Assembly (NCBI GenBank): GCA_963765495.1 | Contig: CAVXWP010000001.1 | Location: 1,056,001-1,120,000, forward strand | Source of the DNA: Blastocatellia bacterium | GTDB taxonomy: Bacteria; Acidobacteriota; Blastocatellia; UBA7656 | Direction: 5' to 3' | Length of the DNA: 64,000 nt | Part shown: one piece after another, positions 19,126 through 29,662 of the stretch | How the letters are laid out: every line of letters starts with the position of its first letter | Position numbering within the stretch: the stretch's first letter is position 1 | Made by a program: the position numbers and the translations under genes | The notes under the pieces: model-generated | Databases searched by the model: none | Seen by the model: the letters and a program-made list of their open reading frames with translations, nothing else | What the model was told of the DNA's origin: nothing

Positions 19126-20253
19126 ATGAGTAGATCACGAGAAGGCTCCACTAGAACGATCAATGGCATTCTCTATGCTCGGGTTCGTTGGACTGACGCT
19201 GAGGGTAAGGCAAAGGAGAGGTTGAAACGAGCCAAGAATAAGACTCACGCCAAACAACTCATAAAAGAGATGCAGCGAGAGATTGATGATTACGGCACCA
19301 AGTCGCTTGAGTACGATTCTATCACTTTCGATGATCTTGCTGACTTCTATGTACAGTATCATCTCAAACCTGCCGAATACGTAGGGGGCAAAAAAGTCTC
19401 TGGCCTGCGGTCTCTTCATACTGCCAATTATGCCCTGCCCGTCTTTCGAGAATACTTTGGTACGAAGCGGTTGCGGTCAATCACTTATGGCCACCTTGCT
19501 CGCTTCCGAGATCACCGGCTCAAGACTCCAACAATGCATAACAAACCGCGCTCGGTGACGACTGTAACTCGAGAGCTTGAAGTTCTCCGCAATATGCTTA
19601 ATGTTGCCCATAGGGAAGGATGGCTACTCCGAAACCCCTTCACATCTGGCCTCCCTCTGATCTTGAAATCTCACGAGAAGATGAGAGAGCGAATTCTAAC
19701 CCCCGAAGAAGAAGAACGCCTGCTGTCAGTATGCACCGGCAAGAGAGTACACCTCCGAGCACTCATCATCTGTGCTCTTGATACTGGGATGCGACGGGGG
19801 GAGATTCTAACGCTGACCTGGGAGGATATAGATTTCAACAACAGGCTTATTAATGTGAAAGCCTTCAATACGAATACGCAACGTGAGAGATGTCTCGCAT
19901 TGACCCCCAGGCTGGAGAGCGAATTCTTGGCCCTCTATGAGAAGTCCTCAAAGCAACCGGATGAGCGTGTCTTTGGTATCAAGGATAATGTCAAGCGGTC
20001 TTTCAACACGGCTCGGAGACACGCAGGCATTCCAGAGGTGCGATTTCACGATCTCCGACATACGGCAGCAACAAGGTTGGTTCAGAAAGACATTCCTCTG
20101 CCGTTGGTAGGGCGCATACTTGGGCACACGCAGGCGAATACTACGATGCGCTATGTGAATGCCAACATCGAAACGGCACGCAGAGCGGCGGAGGCGTTAG
20201 CTGGATTCAGAGATGATAGAGAAAAAGAGAACGAAGCAACGCTAATCAATTGA
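19126..20253 (+). CDS. Tyrosine recombinase/integrase
   Basis: TGMRRGE, FHDLRHT, ILGH and TMRY catalytic motifs; N-terminal arm-binding-like region. Confidence 0.95.
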   Translation: MSRSREGSTRTINGILYARVRWTDAEGKAKERLKRAKNKTHAKQLIKEMQREIDDYGTKSLEYDSITFDDLADFYVQYHLKPAEYVGGKKVSGLRSLHTANYALPVFREYFGTKRLRSITYGHLARFRDHRLKTPTMHNKPRSVTTVTRELEVLRNMLNVAHREGWLLRNPFTSGLPLILKSHEKMRERILTPEEEERLLSVCTGKRVHLRALIICALDTGMRRGEILTLTWEDIDFNNRLINVKAFNTNTQRERCLALTPRLESEFLALYEKSSKQPDERVFGIKDNVKRSFNTARRHAGIPEVRFHDLRHTAATRLVQKDIPLPLVGRILGHTQANTTMRYVNANIETARRAAEALAGFRDDREKENEATLIN

Positions 20254-20645
20254 GGTTTTTTGTGGGGCTGGAGTGAATCTCTGGCCCCCAAGACAAGCCC
20301 CTTTTCTTGATTCCTAATGAAGGCTCTCACTCTTTTTCTTTTGGGGGCTTTTTTTCAACTACCGCTTTGAATTTGAGGCAATACCCCCTGCGCGATGCAT
20401 TATCCAAAGAGTGCTTTTTGAAATGCCCCCAGTCCGACCTGATTATCGCTCTATAGCGAAGTAAAATATTGTTGACTGCGAGACAAGAGATACGTATAGT
20501 GTCCCCGCTTACCTAAAGCACAACAAGCGGGGATGTCCTACTGGTCACATTAGTATTTGGCACCTGTGCTAATGATTAGCCAGATCGTTCAACAACTCAC
20601 ATCGGCTTTCAGTTCTTGGGGGATTTTTTTGAGGAGGAGTTATTT

Positions 20646-22583
20646 ATGTCAGACAAAGTATATCTGCTCAGTATTCGGATTCTCATCTCATTAGTATTCG
20701 CAGCTTTGGCTAACTCGTCTGTATCGGCGCAAACCGATGTTTTTACATATCAGGGATCGCTTACAAACGGAGGCGCTGCTGCCAACGGTCTATTCGATAT
20801 GCAGTTCAAACTTTTTAACACCCCGAATGTCGGCACAGGGACTCAGCAAGGCGGTGTTGTGATACACCCGTCGGTTCAGGTGACAAATGGAGCATTCAGT
20901 GTGCAACTGGAGTTCAGCGCATTGGTCTTCAACGGCTCTGATTTGTATCTTGAAATAGGAGTACGGTCAGCGGGAGACTCGAACCCCTACACATTACTAA
21001 ATCCAAGGCAACAGATCACGTCAGCGCCTTACGCAATCAGGAGCCAAACGGCAGATGTAGCCAATAAACTGTCATTTTCGTGCCTTGGCTGTGTGGCAGA
21101 TACTCAGATAGAGAATGTCTCAGGCAATAAAGTCATTGGAGTAATTCCTATCGGCGCCCTCCCGGGAGGGAGCGCTAACTACATACAGAACCGGACATTA
21201 CAACAACCGGGCAGCAGTTTCAACATCAGTGGAGATGGCGCAGCGGGGGGTACGCTATCAGGCTCAGTTGTGAACTCTGCGACGCAGTATAATATAAATG
21301 GCAGCCGGGTATTGACCGCAGGAAACCTAACAGCCAACCTGATCGCGGGTATCGGCGCAGGTTCCTCGATCAGCAGCGGTACGTCAAACTCTTTTTTCGG
21401 ATTTAATGCTGGACAAAGCACAACAACAGGTGCGGGTAATTCCTTCTTCGGGTTTTACGCAGGTGCAAATAATACGTCAGCTGCCGGTAATGCCTTTTTC
21501 GGTAGTAGTGCTGGCCGAAATAATACGACAGGGATTGCGAATGCTATATTCGGAGACAGCGCAGGCGTCTTCAACACAACCTCCTGCTGCAATTCATTTT
21601 TCGGAACTAATTCCGGTTTTCAGACTACGGAGGGTTACAACGCGTTCTTCGGCTACAGTGCCGGTTTTGCAAATACCACAGGGGGCTGGAACTCATTTGT
21701 CGGGTACCTTGCTGGTTCATCCAACACCATAGCTAACAACAACTCTTTCTTCGGAGCTTTTTCCGGCAAGTCAAATACTACGGGCGAGGGGAACTCATTC
21801 TTCGGGGAGGGTTCTGGCACATCTAACACGACTGGTTATAATAATTCATTCTTCGGAGCGTCTGCCGGCTTTGGCAATACTGTAGGCCAAGGCAATACTT
21901 TCTTCGGAGTAGCCACAGGCCAATCCAACACGACAGGAATAAATAACACGTTTGTTGGTTCCGGCGCCGGCATTACAAACACCACTGGGAATAGTAATAT
22001 CGCAATCGGCGCTTTAGCTGACGTAGGCGCAGGCAACCTCACCAATGCCACGGCGATTGGGACGGGCGTAGTCGTCTCGACGAGCAACACGATGGTGCTC
22101 GGCACGAATACTATAGCCGTTCAGGTTCCGGGCACGCTCAAGGTTAGCACGCTCGGATCGGCAGGCACGACGACCCTTTGCCGCAATGCTTCACAGTTGA
22201 TCGCTACCTGTTCGTCCAGCCTTCGATATAAAGAACAAATCAAGCCTTTTAGCGCCGGACTTGAACTCATCAACCGGCTGCGCCCGATCACTTTTAGCTG
22301 GAAGGAAAGCCACGACCGAGACCTCGGACTTGGGGCGGAAGATGTCGCTTCCATAGAGCCTTTGCTTGTGACCTACAACGACAAGGGGGAGGTCGAAGGG
22401 GTCAAGTATGATCGCATCGCTGTTGTGATGGTAAATGCTATTAAGGAACAGCAAACCCAACTCGAACAGCAGCAGGATAAAGTAAAACAGCAACAAGACC
22501 AGATCGCGCAACAACAGATTCTGATAGAGGGGCTAAAGAAGCTGGTCTGCCAGGATCACCCAGACGCTGAGGTGTGCAAGTAA
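20646..22583 (+). CDS. Secreted Gly/Asn-rich beta-repeat fibre-like protein with C-terminal S74 chaperone domain
   Basis: Signal peptide, FTYQGSL, 14-aa repeats (NSFFG..AG..NTTG), SSLRYKEQI..GLGAEDV..VKYDR and a terminal coiled coil. Confidence 0.85.
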   Translation: MSDKVYLLSIRILISLVFAALANSSVSAQTDVFTYQGSLTNGGAAANGLFDMQFKLFNTPNVGTGTQQGGVVIHPSVQVTNGAFSVQLEFSALVFNGSDLYLEIGVRSAGDSNPYTLLNPRQQITSAPYAIRSQTADVANKLSFSCLGCVADTQIENVSGNKVIGVIPIGALPGGSANYIQNRTLQQPGSSFNISGDGAAGGTLSGSVVNSATQYNINGSRVLTAGNLTANLIAGIGAGSSISSGTSNSFFGFNAGQSTTTGAGNSFFGFYAGANNTSAAGNAFFGSSAGRNNTTGIANAIFGDSAGVFNTTSCCNSFFGTNSGFQTTEGYNAFFGYSAGFANTTGGWNSFVGYLAGSSNTIANNNSFFGAFSGKSNTTGEGNSFFGEGSGTSNTTGYNNSFFGASAGFGNTVGQGNTFFGVATGQSNTTGINNTFVGSGAGITNTTGNSNIAIGALADVGAGNLTNATAIGTGVVVSTSNTMVLGTNTIAVQVPGTLKVSTLGSAGTTTLCRNASQLIATCSSSLRYKEQIKPFSAGLELINRLRPITFSWKESHDRDLGLGAEDVASIEPLLVTYNDKGEVEGVKYDRIAVVMVNAIKEQQTQLEQQQDKVKQQQDQIAQQQILIEGLKKLVCQDHPDAEVCK

Positions 22584-22826
22584 AGGGCTTGATTAGAAGG
22601 GTGTTGCAAGAATTTATTTCCCCCAGGTGGAGAAGGTGTTCAATAATTTTTGTGGGCAACCTAATGGCTTGGCTGTGTGCGTTAGCGCAATAACCTCAAC
22701 CATATAAGGTTTCTTGCAAGACAGACTTCTATTTTTTCTCTGGGGGATTTTTTAGTTACGCATTCACTGTTAAGAATTTAGGCCACACTGGAGCAATTTT
22801 TGAGACACACCATCAATATTGGATTC

Positions 22827-23475
22827 CTAACGATTGAACTTGAAGCGTAGCCTCCCAATAACCCGTACAGGCTCACCGCCGAGTTTGGTTGGCTCAAACT
22901 TCCACTGACGCACTGCTGCTATGGCTGCCGCAATCAAAGTGCTGTCACCCGATACCCCTTCTGCTGACGCAACATTGCCCTCTTCATCGAGACTTACTTC
23001 TATCAACACCTCCCCTGAAATATTTGTAGCAGCCGCTTCCGGGGGTTAGACGGGGGCAACTTTCTTGACCGCTCTTTTTTCAAGCACTCCGCCTGAAAGG
23101 CGAATGACCCTTGGTCTATTGGCTCCGGTCTGAGCGGCACTCGCCATAGCCTTGGATGCTGCATCATCGAAGTAGCTAATGGTGCGAGACTCGATCTTGT
23201 AAGGCTTGAAATCTGACTTGCCGCCTTCGCTCCGCAACACCTTTCTTTTTATCCAGTTGCCTCTCAGGTCAATTGTGTAATCCGTGTATATGTGTACACT
23301 GCTGATGTTGCCCTCGCTGTTGTAGTAGGTTGTCTCGACCTCATTGCCTCTGTCATCAAATACCGATGAGTAACTGTAATTGAGCTTGCCGTCACGAGTG
23401 TAGAGTTCTAATCTCGTGAGATTCCCCTTCCCATCGTAAATTGAAACAGTCTTTGTGCCCCGATTGCCGTTATTA
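22827..23475 (-). pseudogene. TonB C-terminal domain protein with YD-like N-terminal repeats, disrupted
   Basis: AVKKVAPV*PPEAAATNISGEVLIEVSLDEEG..AVRQWKFEP; in-frame TAA at 23046-23048 where Tyr is expected; 5' end missing and approximate. Confidence 0.75.
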
Positions 23476-23622
23476 TAATAGAGAGTACGCTCGATTTTGT
23501 TCCCCTCGGACTAACACTATGGCTGAATTCCAGAGACAAAAAAACTGGCTATGATTGACAGTCATTCGCAGGGAGAATACAGTGATTGAACAATTTCTCA
23601 ATCTCAAAACAGGAGGGATAGA

Positions 23623-23799
23623 ATGGCAAAAGTAATCAACTGTAGAGATGTTGGCGTAGACTGCGACTTCCAGGCTCGCGGTGAAACCGAAGAGGAAGTG
23701 ATGCAAAAGTGCGCTGAACACGCAAAATCAGAACACGGAATGAATGAAATTTCCGAAGAACTGGGAGCTAAAGTGAAATCTGCTATGCGCGATGAGTAG
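23623..23799 (+). CDS. DUF1059-like small metal-binding protein (58 aa, absent from ORF track)
   Basis: MAKVINCRDVGVDCDFQARGETEEEVMQKCAEHAKSEHG...; AGGAGG RBS. Confidence 0.88.
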   Translation: MAKVINCRDVGVDCDFQARGETEEEVMQKCAEHAKSEHGMNEISEELGAKVKSAMRDE

Positions 23800-23999
23800 A
23801 TATTAAGTCCCCATAGGGTTCGACAGCCAAAAAAACATCTCTCGGTCCAGAAGTCAACTACTAAACCTGCTCTCAATAGTCGTAGCTTCTCAACTTGGCA
23901 AATTTTCCGCCAAAAAACCCTTGTGAATGAGATCACTATATTGTATTGTCTGCCGTATCACAGTGTTAAGTATAAATAATCACTTGCAGGAGAAGACGA

Positions 24000-24404
24000 A
24001 TGGAAGATAAAAAAAGGAATGTACTGATCGTGGAGGATGAAAGCGTTATACTGCAACTTCTCTCGACAGTCCTTGAGATGAAATACGACTGCTCTACAGC
24101 AGAGAATGCGATGCAAGCCCTTTCGCTGATAAAGAATAATAAATTCGACCTCATACTGGCTGATGTAGGGTTGCCAGGCTTGTCCGGCTTGGAGCTTTGT
24201 CACATTGCCCAAAGAACCAGCCCACAAACTCTCGTTGTTCTAATGTCGGGGATGAATGATGAGGACTCCGCAAAGGATGCAACCAAGGCTGGCGCATTCG
24301 ATTTCCTTAAGAAACCCTTCAATCTCTCAGAGGCTATGGAATGTGTCGAGCGCGCACTGAACTCTCAGAATGAAAGCGCAATGAGACAGCAAATGGTCTC
24401 TTAG
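24000..24404 (+). CDS. Single-domain response regulator
   Basis: LIVEDE, LILADVGLPGLSG, LMSG and FLKKPF motifs. Confidence 0.9.
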   Translation: MEDKKRNVLIVEDESVILQLLSTVLEMKYDCSTAENAMQALSLIKNNKFDLILADVGLPGLSGLELCHIAQRTSPQTLVVLMSGMNDEDSAKDATKAGAFDFLKKPFNLSEAMECVERALNSQNESAMRQQMVS

Positions 24405-24591
24405 TTTGAATTTGCCCCCTCCCCCATTGCCTGCCTAACCTTTCGACCGATCCGGTCAATTTCGTAAGGTAAGAAATACCTCCATCTAAAGTAGCAATTA
24501 TAATCTAAGCCTTTTTAATACTGAATTTACTGGCGCTATTGAATAAAAAAGCAGCAATTCTCGGTTTAGAAATTCTGTCTTAACAAAAAGT

Positions 24592-24657
24592 GAACCACGA
24601 AATACACGAAGCACACGAAATAGAAGAATTATTCGTGTATTTAGTCTGTTTCGTGGT
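24592..24657. repeat. Inverted 9-mer repeat hairpin (CACGAA family)
   Basis: ACCACGAAATACACGAAGCACACGAAA ... TTCGTGTATTTAGTCTGTTTCGTGGT. Confidence 0.7.
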
Positions 24658-24665
24658 ATATCCCG

Positions 24666-25046
24666 GTGCGATTTCCTCTAAACCGAGAATTGCTGATACG
24701 TAAGCTACTTTCAACGTATCTCGGCCACACTTATACTTGCACGACGGCCTCAAGCGTCGAGGAGGCAACAAGAGCACTCGAAGACTGCTACTTCGACCTT
24801 GTAATCACAGACCTGAGTAGGCCGACCAGATCAAGGCTAGAGTTTTGCCAGTTTGTACGTAAACACTATCCTGAGACCGTAGTGCTCATTATATCGGGGA
24901 TTGCGGAAAATATCGGTGCGGTGCAAGAGTGTGCGTTTGAGTTCATACAGAAACCCTTTAGCCTTTCAAGAGTCGCAGAGGTTGTTGATCGTGCATTGCA
25001 GTATCAGGCGCTTCTGTCTCAAGAATCACAAAAGAGAAGTGATTAG
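24666..25046 (+). pseudogene. Receiver-domain protein lacking the N-terminal acidic strand
   Basis: FDLVITDL, IISG and FIQKPF present; LIVDD strand missing, directly after the 9-mer repeat. Confidence 0.6.
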
Positions 25047-25168
25047 AAGTTTTTGAGGTATGCAGTAGATTTCACGAACGCGAAAACAAAGATGTTTTGT
25101 AATGCTGCCTTCGTGTTGTATCATTGTGCCGGTTTAGTTGAGTTGGTCCCTTATCTTGGCAACTGATT

Positions 25169-28027
25169 ATGGATTTAACACCGGAGCAAAGAGCGCGGCT
25201 CGATATTGACCTGGCATTAAATGATGCTGGCTGGAAGGTACAGAACAGAGATTCAGTAAACCTCTACGCGGGCAGAGGCGTTGCTGTTCGGGAGTTCTCT
25301 CTACAAAAAGGCTACGGTGTCGCTGATTATCTGCTCTATGTTGACGCAAAAGCAGTCGGGGTTGTCGAGGCAAAGAAGCAAGGCGACACCCTCACCGGCG
25401 TAGAGATTCAAGCCGAACGCTACAGCGAAGGCGTGCCTGATTTGATTCCCGCTTTTGTTCGTCCGTTACCTTTTCTATATCAAAGCACAGGGGTTGAAAC
25501 TCGCTTTACCAATCGGCTCGATCCCGCTCCTCGCAGCAGAAATGTCTTTCACTTTCATCGCCCGGAGACTCTCGCTCAGTGGGTTACTACATCTCCCAGT
25601 TCGACGCTCCGCAGCCGCATTCAAACCATTCCTTCTCTCGACGGGGGAAATTTATGGCCCGCTCAAAAGAAGGCTGTGGCAAATCTTGAATGCTCACTGC
25701 GCGAAGATCGCCCGCGAGCCTTGATCCAGATGGCCACCGGAAGCGGCAAGACCTTTACTGCGGTGACTGCTGCATACCGTCAGATCAAGTTTGCAGATGC
25801 TTCACGGGCTCTCTTCCTTGTTGATCGGGCAAATCTGGGCAGACAGGCTCTCAAGGAATTCCAGCAGTACACTACTCCCGATGACGGTCGCAAATTTACC
25901 GAGCTTTATAATGTGCAGTTGCTTACCTCAAACCGAGTTGACCCTGTTTCTCGCGTAGTCATCACGACTATCCAGAGACTCTACTCGATGCTGCAAGGCA
26001 AAGAACTCGACCCCGACGCCGAGGAAGGCTCTCAGTACGATACCGCATCTGTGCCTATCTCTGAGCCGGTCCCCGTAGCGTACAACCACGCAATCCCGAT
26101 TGAGTTCTTCGACGTGATCTTTATTGATGAGTGCCATCGCTCCATCTATAGCCTCTGGCGGCAGGTGCTTGAGTATTTCGATGCTTACCTGATCGGGCTG
26201 ACCGCTACTCCATCGAAGCAGACATTCGGGTTCTTCAACAAGAATCTTGTGATGGAATACAACCACTCTCAGGCAGTGGCCGATGGTGTCAACGTAGACT
26301 TCGATGTTTACAAGATACGCACTCGCATCACAGAGCAAGGCTCGACGGTTGAGGCTGGACCATTTGAAGTGATCGGTAGGCGTGATAGAGAGACACGCGC
26401 CGTTCGCTGGGAAAAACTCGATGAAGATTTGAGCTACGATGCAAGCTCGCTCGACCGCACCGTAGTGGCTCAAGATCAAATCCGCACCATTGTCAGGACA
26501 TTCAAAGAGAAGCTCTTTACAGAGATATTCCCCGGTCGCGCAGATGTGCCCAAGACATTGATCTACGCTAAAGACGACAGCCACGCCGATGACATCGTTC
26601 AAATTGTTCGCGAGGAGTTTGGACGTGGAAATGATTTCTGCGAGAAGATAACCTATAAGACCGGCACTGCTCGCATCGTTGAGAAACAGACCGGGCCGGA
26701 TGGGGAAGAGGTAGAGAAGATCAGCTATACGGCCAGTGGAGTAAAGGCCGAAGACCTGCTTTCGTCATTTCGCAACAGGTACAACCCTCGGATAGTCGTT
26801 ACGGTGGATATGATCGCCACCGGCACCGACATAAAGCCGCTTGAGATCGTGATGTTTATGCGAGCGGTCAAGAGCCGCAACTTCTTCGAGCAGATGAAGG
26901 GGCGCGGTGTAAGGATCATAAACGACACAGACTTTCAGACTGTAACTACGGACGCAAAGAGCAAGACGCATTTTGTGATAGTGGACTGCGTAGGAGTGTG
27001 CGAGCAGGAGTTGAGCGAGACTTATCCGCTTGAGCGTCAGCGCAGCGTATCGTTTGACAGGCTCTTGAATGCGGTTGGGTTCGGCAATACTTCCCCCGAA
27101 GTGCTCTCATCGGTGGCGAGTCGTCTTGTTCGATTGGAGCAGAAAATAGGCGAGGCAGATCGAAAGGCGATCCGAGAGCTTGCCGGTGGGAAGACTCTCA
27201 AAGATATAGCATCGGGGATAATCAAGGCGCTCGACGCCGACCGGCAGGCAGAAGAGGCGCGGCGTGAAAATAATCTCTCCCAGGAAATAGAGCCTAGCTC
27301 TGAACAGATCAACAGGGCTGCGGGATGGATGCTTTCGGAAGCGGCGCAGCCTTTGGCCGCAAACCCTGCGCTCAGGAATCGGCTGCTTGAGACAAAGAAG
27401 CGATTCGAGCAGACGCTTGATACAACGAGCCAGGATGAGGTAACGGTGGCCGAGTTTTCAGAAGAGGCGAAATACCGGGCGAGCGCGATGGTTGAATCTT
27501 TCGAGAAATTCATTAAAGAGAACAGGGACGAGATAACGGCGCTCGAAGTGCTCTACAGCAAGCCTTATCGAAACCGGCTGCGATTAAAGGACATCAAGGC
27601 GCTGGCAGAGGCGATACAATCTCCGCCAAGATCGTGGACGACCGAGGTATTGTGGAAGGCATACGAGACACTGGATGAAAGCAAGGTGAAGGGGGCTGGC
27701 GGTAGCCGTCTGCTGACTGATATTGTTTCGCTCGTCCGGTTTGCGCTGCACGAAGAGGCAGAGCTTGTGCCTTACGTTGAAAGGGTCAAAGAGAGGTTTG
27801 AGAACTGGATAGCGCAGCAAGAGAATGCGGGGAAAAAATTCTCCCCCGAACAGAGACAATGGTTAGAGCTAATCCGGGATCACATAGCAGGGAATCTAAA
27901 GATCGAGATGGAAGATTTCGACTATGTACCCTTCGCGCAAAGAGGAGGAACGGGGAAGGCATATCAAGTATTTGGCGCTGAGTTGGAGAAAGTAATGAAC
28001 GAACTGAATGAGGTGCTGGCAGCGTGA
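25169..28027 (+). CDS. hsdR: Type I restriction subunit R (EcoEI-like C-terminus)
   Basis: ADYLL..VVEAKK nuclease motif, MATGSGKT, IDECHRS, LTATP and FEQMKGRG. Confidence 0.95.
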   Translation: MDLTPEQRARLDIDLALNDAGWKVQNRDSVNLYAGRGVAVREFSLQKGYGVADYLLYVDAKAVGVVEAKKQGDTLTGVEIQAERYSEGVPDLIPAFVRPLPFLYQSTGVETRFTNRLDPAPRSRNVFHFHRPETLAQWVTTSPSSTLRSRIQTIPSLDGGNLWPAQKKAVANLECSLREDRPRALIQMATGSGKTFTAVTAAYRQIKFADASRALFLVDRANLGRQALKEFQQYTTPDDGRKFTELYNVQLLTSNRVDPVSRVVITTIQRLYSMLQGKELDPDAEEGSQYDTASVPISEPVPVAYNHAIPIEFFDVIFIDECHRSIYSLWRQVLEYFDAYLIGLTATPSKQTFGFFNKNLVMEYNHSQAVADGVNVDFDVYKIRTRITEQGSTVEAGPFEVIGRRDRETRAVRWEKLDEDLSYDASSLDRTVVAQDQIRTIVRTFKEKLFTEIFPGRADVPKTLIYAKDDSHADDIVQIVREEFGRGNDFCEKITYKTGTARIVEKQTGPDGEEVEKISYTASGVKAEDLLSSFRNRYNPRIVVTVDMIATGTDIKPLEIVMFMRAVKSRNFFEQMKGRGVRIINDTDFQTVTTDAKSKTHFVIVDCVGVCEQELSETYPLERQRSVSFDRLLNAVGFGNTSPEVLSSVASRLVRLEQKIGEADRKAIRELAGGKTLKDIASGIIKALDADRQAEEARRENNLSQEIEPSSEQINRAAGWMLSEAAQPLAANPALRNRLLETKKRFEQTLDTTSQDEVTVAEFSEEAKYRASAMVESFEKFIKENRDEITALEVLYSKPYRNRLRLKDIKALAEAIQSPPRSWTTEVLWKAYETLDESKVKGAGGSRLLTDIVSLVRFALHEEAELVPYVERVKERFENWIAQQENAGKKFSPEQRQWLELIRDHIAGNLKIEMEDFDYVPFAQRGGTGKAYQVFGAELEKVMNELNEVLAA

Positions 28028-29650
28028 GCAAGGAGAATAATTTTCGTTTGCCAAATGGGTGGATAGAAATCGAATTGGGCAGATGTGCAATCGTCACTGA
28101 AAGACTAAGGGTAGCACTCCCACTACCTACGGCTATCAGTACCAATCAGATGGTATTGCCTTTGTACGGGTTGAAAATCTCTCGAACGGCTACATTGATA
28201 AGAATTCCATAACTACTTTCATTGATGAGGAGGCAGATGAGGCACTTAGGCGGTCACAGTTGAAAGCGGGGGATTTGTTATTCTCTATAGCTGAGCACGA
28301 TTGGTCGAACTCGACTCTTGTTCGGGAGCAAGATTTACCCGCCAGACACGAATCTGACGCTGAGTTATTGCATTCAATACGTGATACTGATCTCTAATAT
28401 TCATCCCCTCATTTCTTCGATTTGTCTTAAGCTCCCTAGCGCACACAGCATCAGGCTCAATCAGAAGCTCGTGGTGGGGCAATGAACAATATATCTCTTG
28501 CCAATGTTAAAGCTTTACTCCTTCCAGTTCCCCCTTTTGCCGAACAACACCGCATCGTTGCAGAGATTGAAAAACAATTTACCCGACTCGACGCAGCAGT
28601 ATCAGCACTCAAGAGAGTACAGGCTCAATTGAAGCGTTATCGCGCCTCCGTGCTCAAGACTGCTTGTGAAGGCAAACTCGTTCCGACAGAGGCAGAACTC
28701 GCTCGATCTGAGGGAAGAGACTACGAACCGGCAGATCAGTTGCTTGCGCGCATACTCAAAGAACGGCGGGCCAAGTGGGAGGCAGATCAGCTTGCGAAGA
28801 TGAAGGCTAAGGGGAAACCCCCAGGAGATGATAAGTGGAAAGAGAAGTATAAAGAACCCGACCCGCGCACTGATTTAAGCGAATTATCTTCCTTGCCGAA
28901 AGGGTGGATTTGGGTCAATTTAGAACAACTTTCTGATGAAACGCTAGCAAACACATCCGGAGATAATCAAACTAGGTGATCCTGTTCCTAAAGGTGTGCC
29001 AAACTTACGTACTGCGATTTCGGCACTTGTATTTTGATCTAAGCAGAGTTAAACAAATTGCTCCTGAATCGCTGCAAACTACAAGTGAATTTTTGCGAGG
29101 AGGCGAAATATTCGTTACGGTTCGCGGCACTTGGGCGGAGTTTCGGTAGTTCCGGACTCCTGCGCTGAATTTAAGTGTCACGTGAAGTCGCAATGTTGCT
29201 CTGTTCAAATGACATATGTCCGTGCTATAACGAAATTCTTGGCTCCTCATCTGTGCAAATGGTTATTGCGCTCACTCAAAAGGAACTGCTGGTCAATTCA
29301 ACCTGACGCTAGAAATCTGCCGTGATTTGCCGCTACCACTCCCACCTCTTGCAGAACAGCACCGTATCGTAGCCGAAGTTGAGCGCCGACTCTCCGTTAT
29401 TGAAGAAGTCGAAAATACTGTTGAGGCAAATCTAAAAAGAGCCGAGCGACTGAGGCAGTCAATTCTTAAACGCGCATTTGAAGGAAAGCTAGTCCCTCAA
29501 GACCCGAATGATGAGCCTGCAAGCGTGCTGCTCGAAAGGATCAGGGCAGAGCGCGAGGCTAAATCAGCAGAAACTCAAAAGAAAAAATCCCCCAGAAGGG
29601 CAAAAGGGAAATCCAAATCTAAATCAGCCGAACCGAGGCTTTTCAACTAA
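28024..29650 (+). pseudogene. hsdS: Type I specificity subunit, multiply frameshifted
   Basis: LPNGW, VPPFAEQHRIVAEIEKQFTRLD, LPKGW and LPPLAEQHRIVAEVERRLS conserved regions intact; both TRDs broken by stops and frameshifts. Confidence 0.88.
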
Positions 29651-29662
29651 CACAAAACGATT

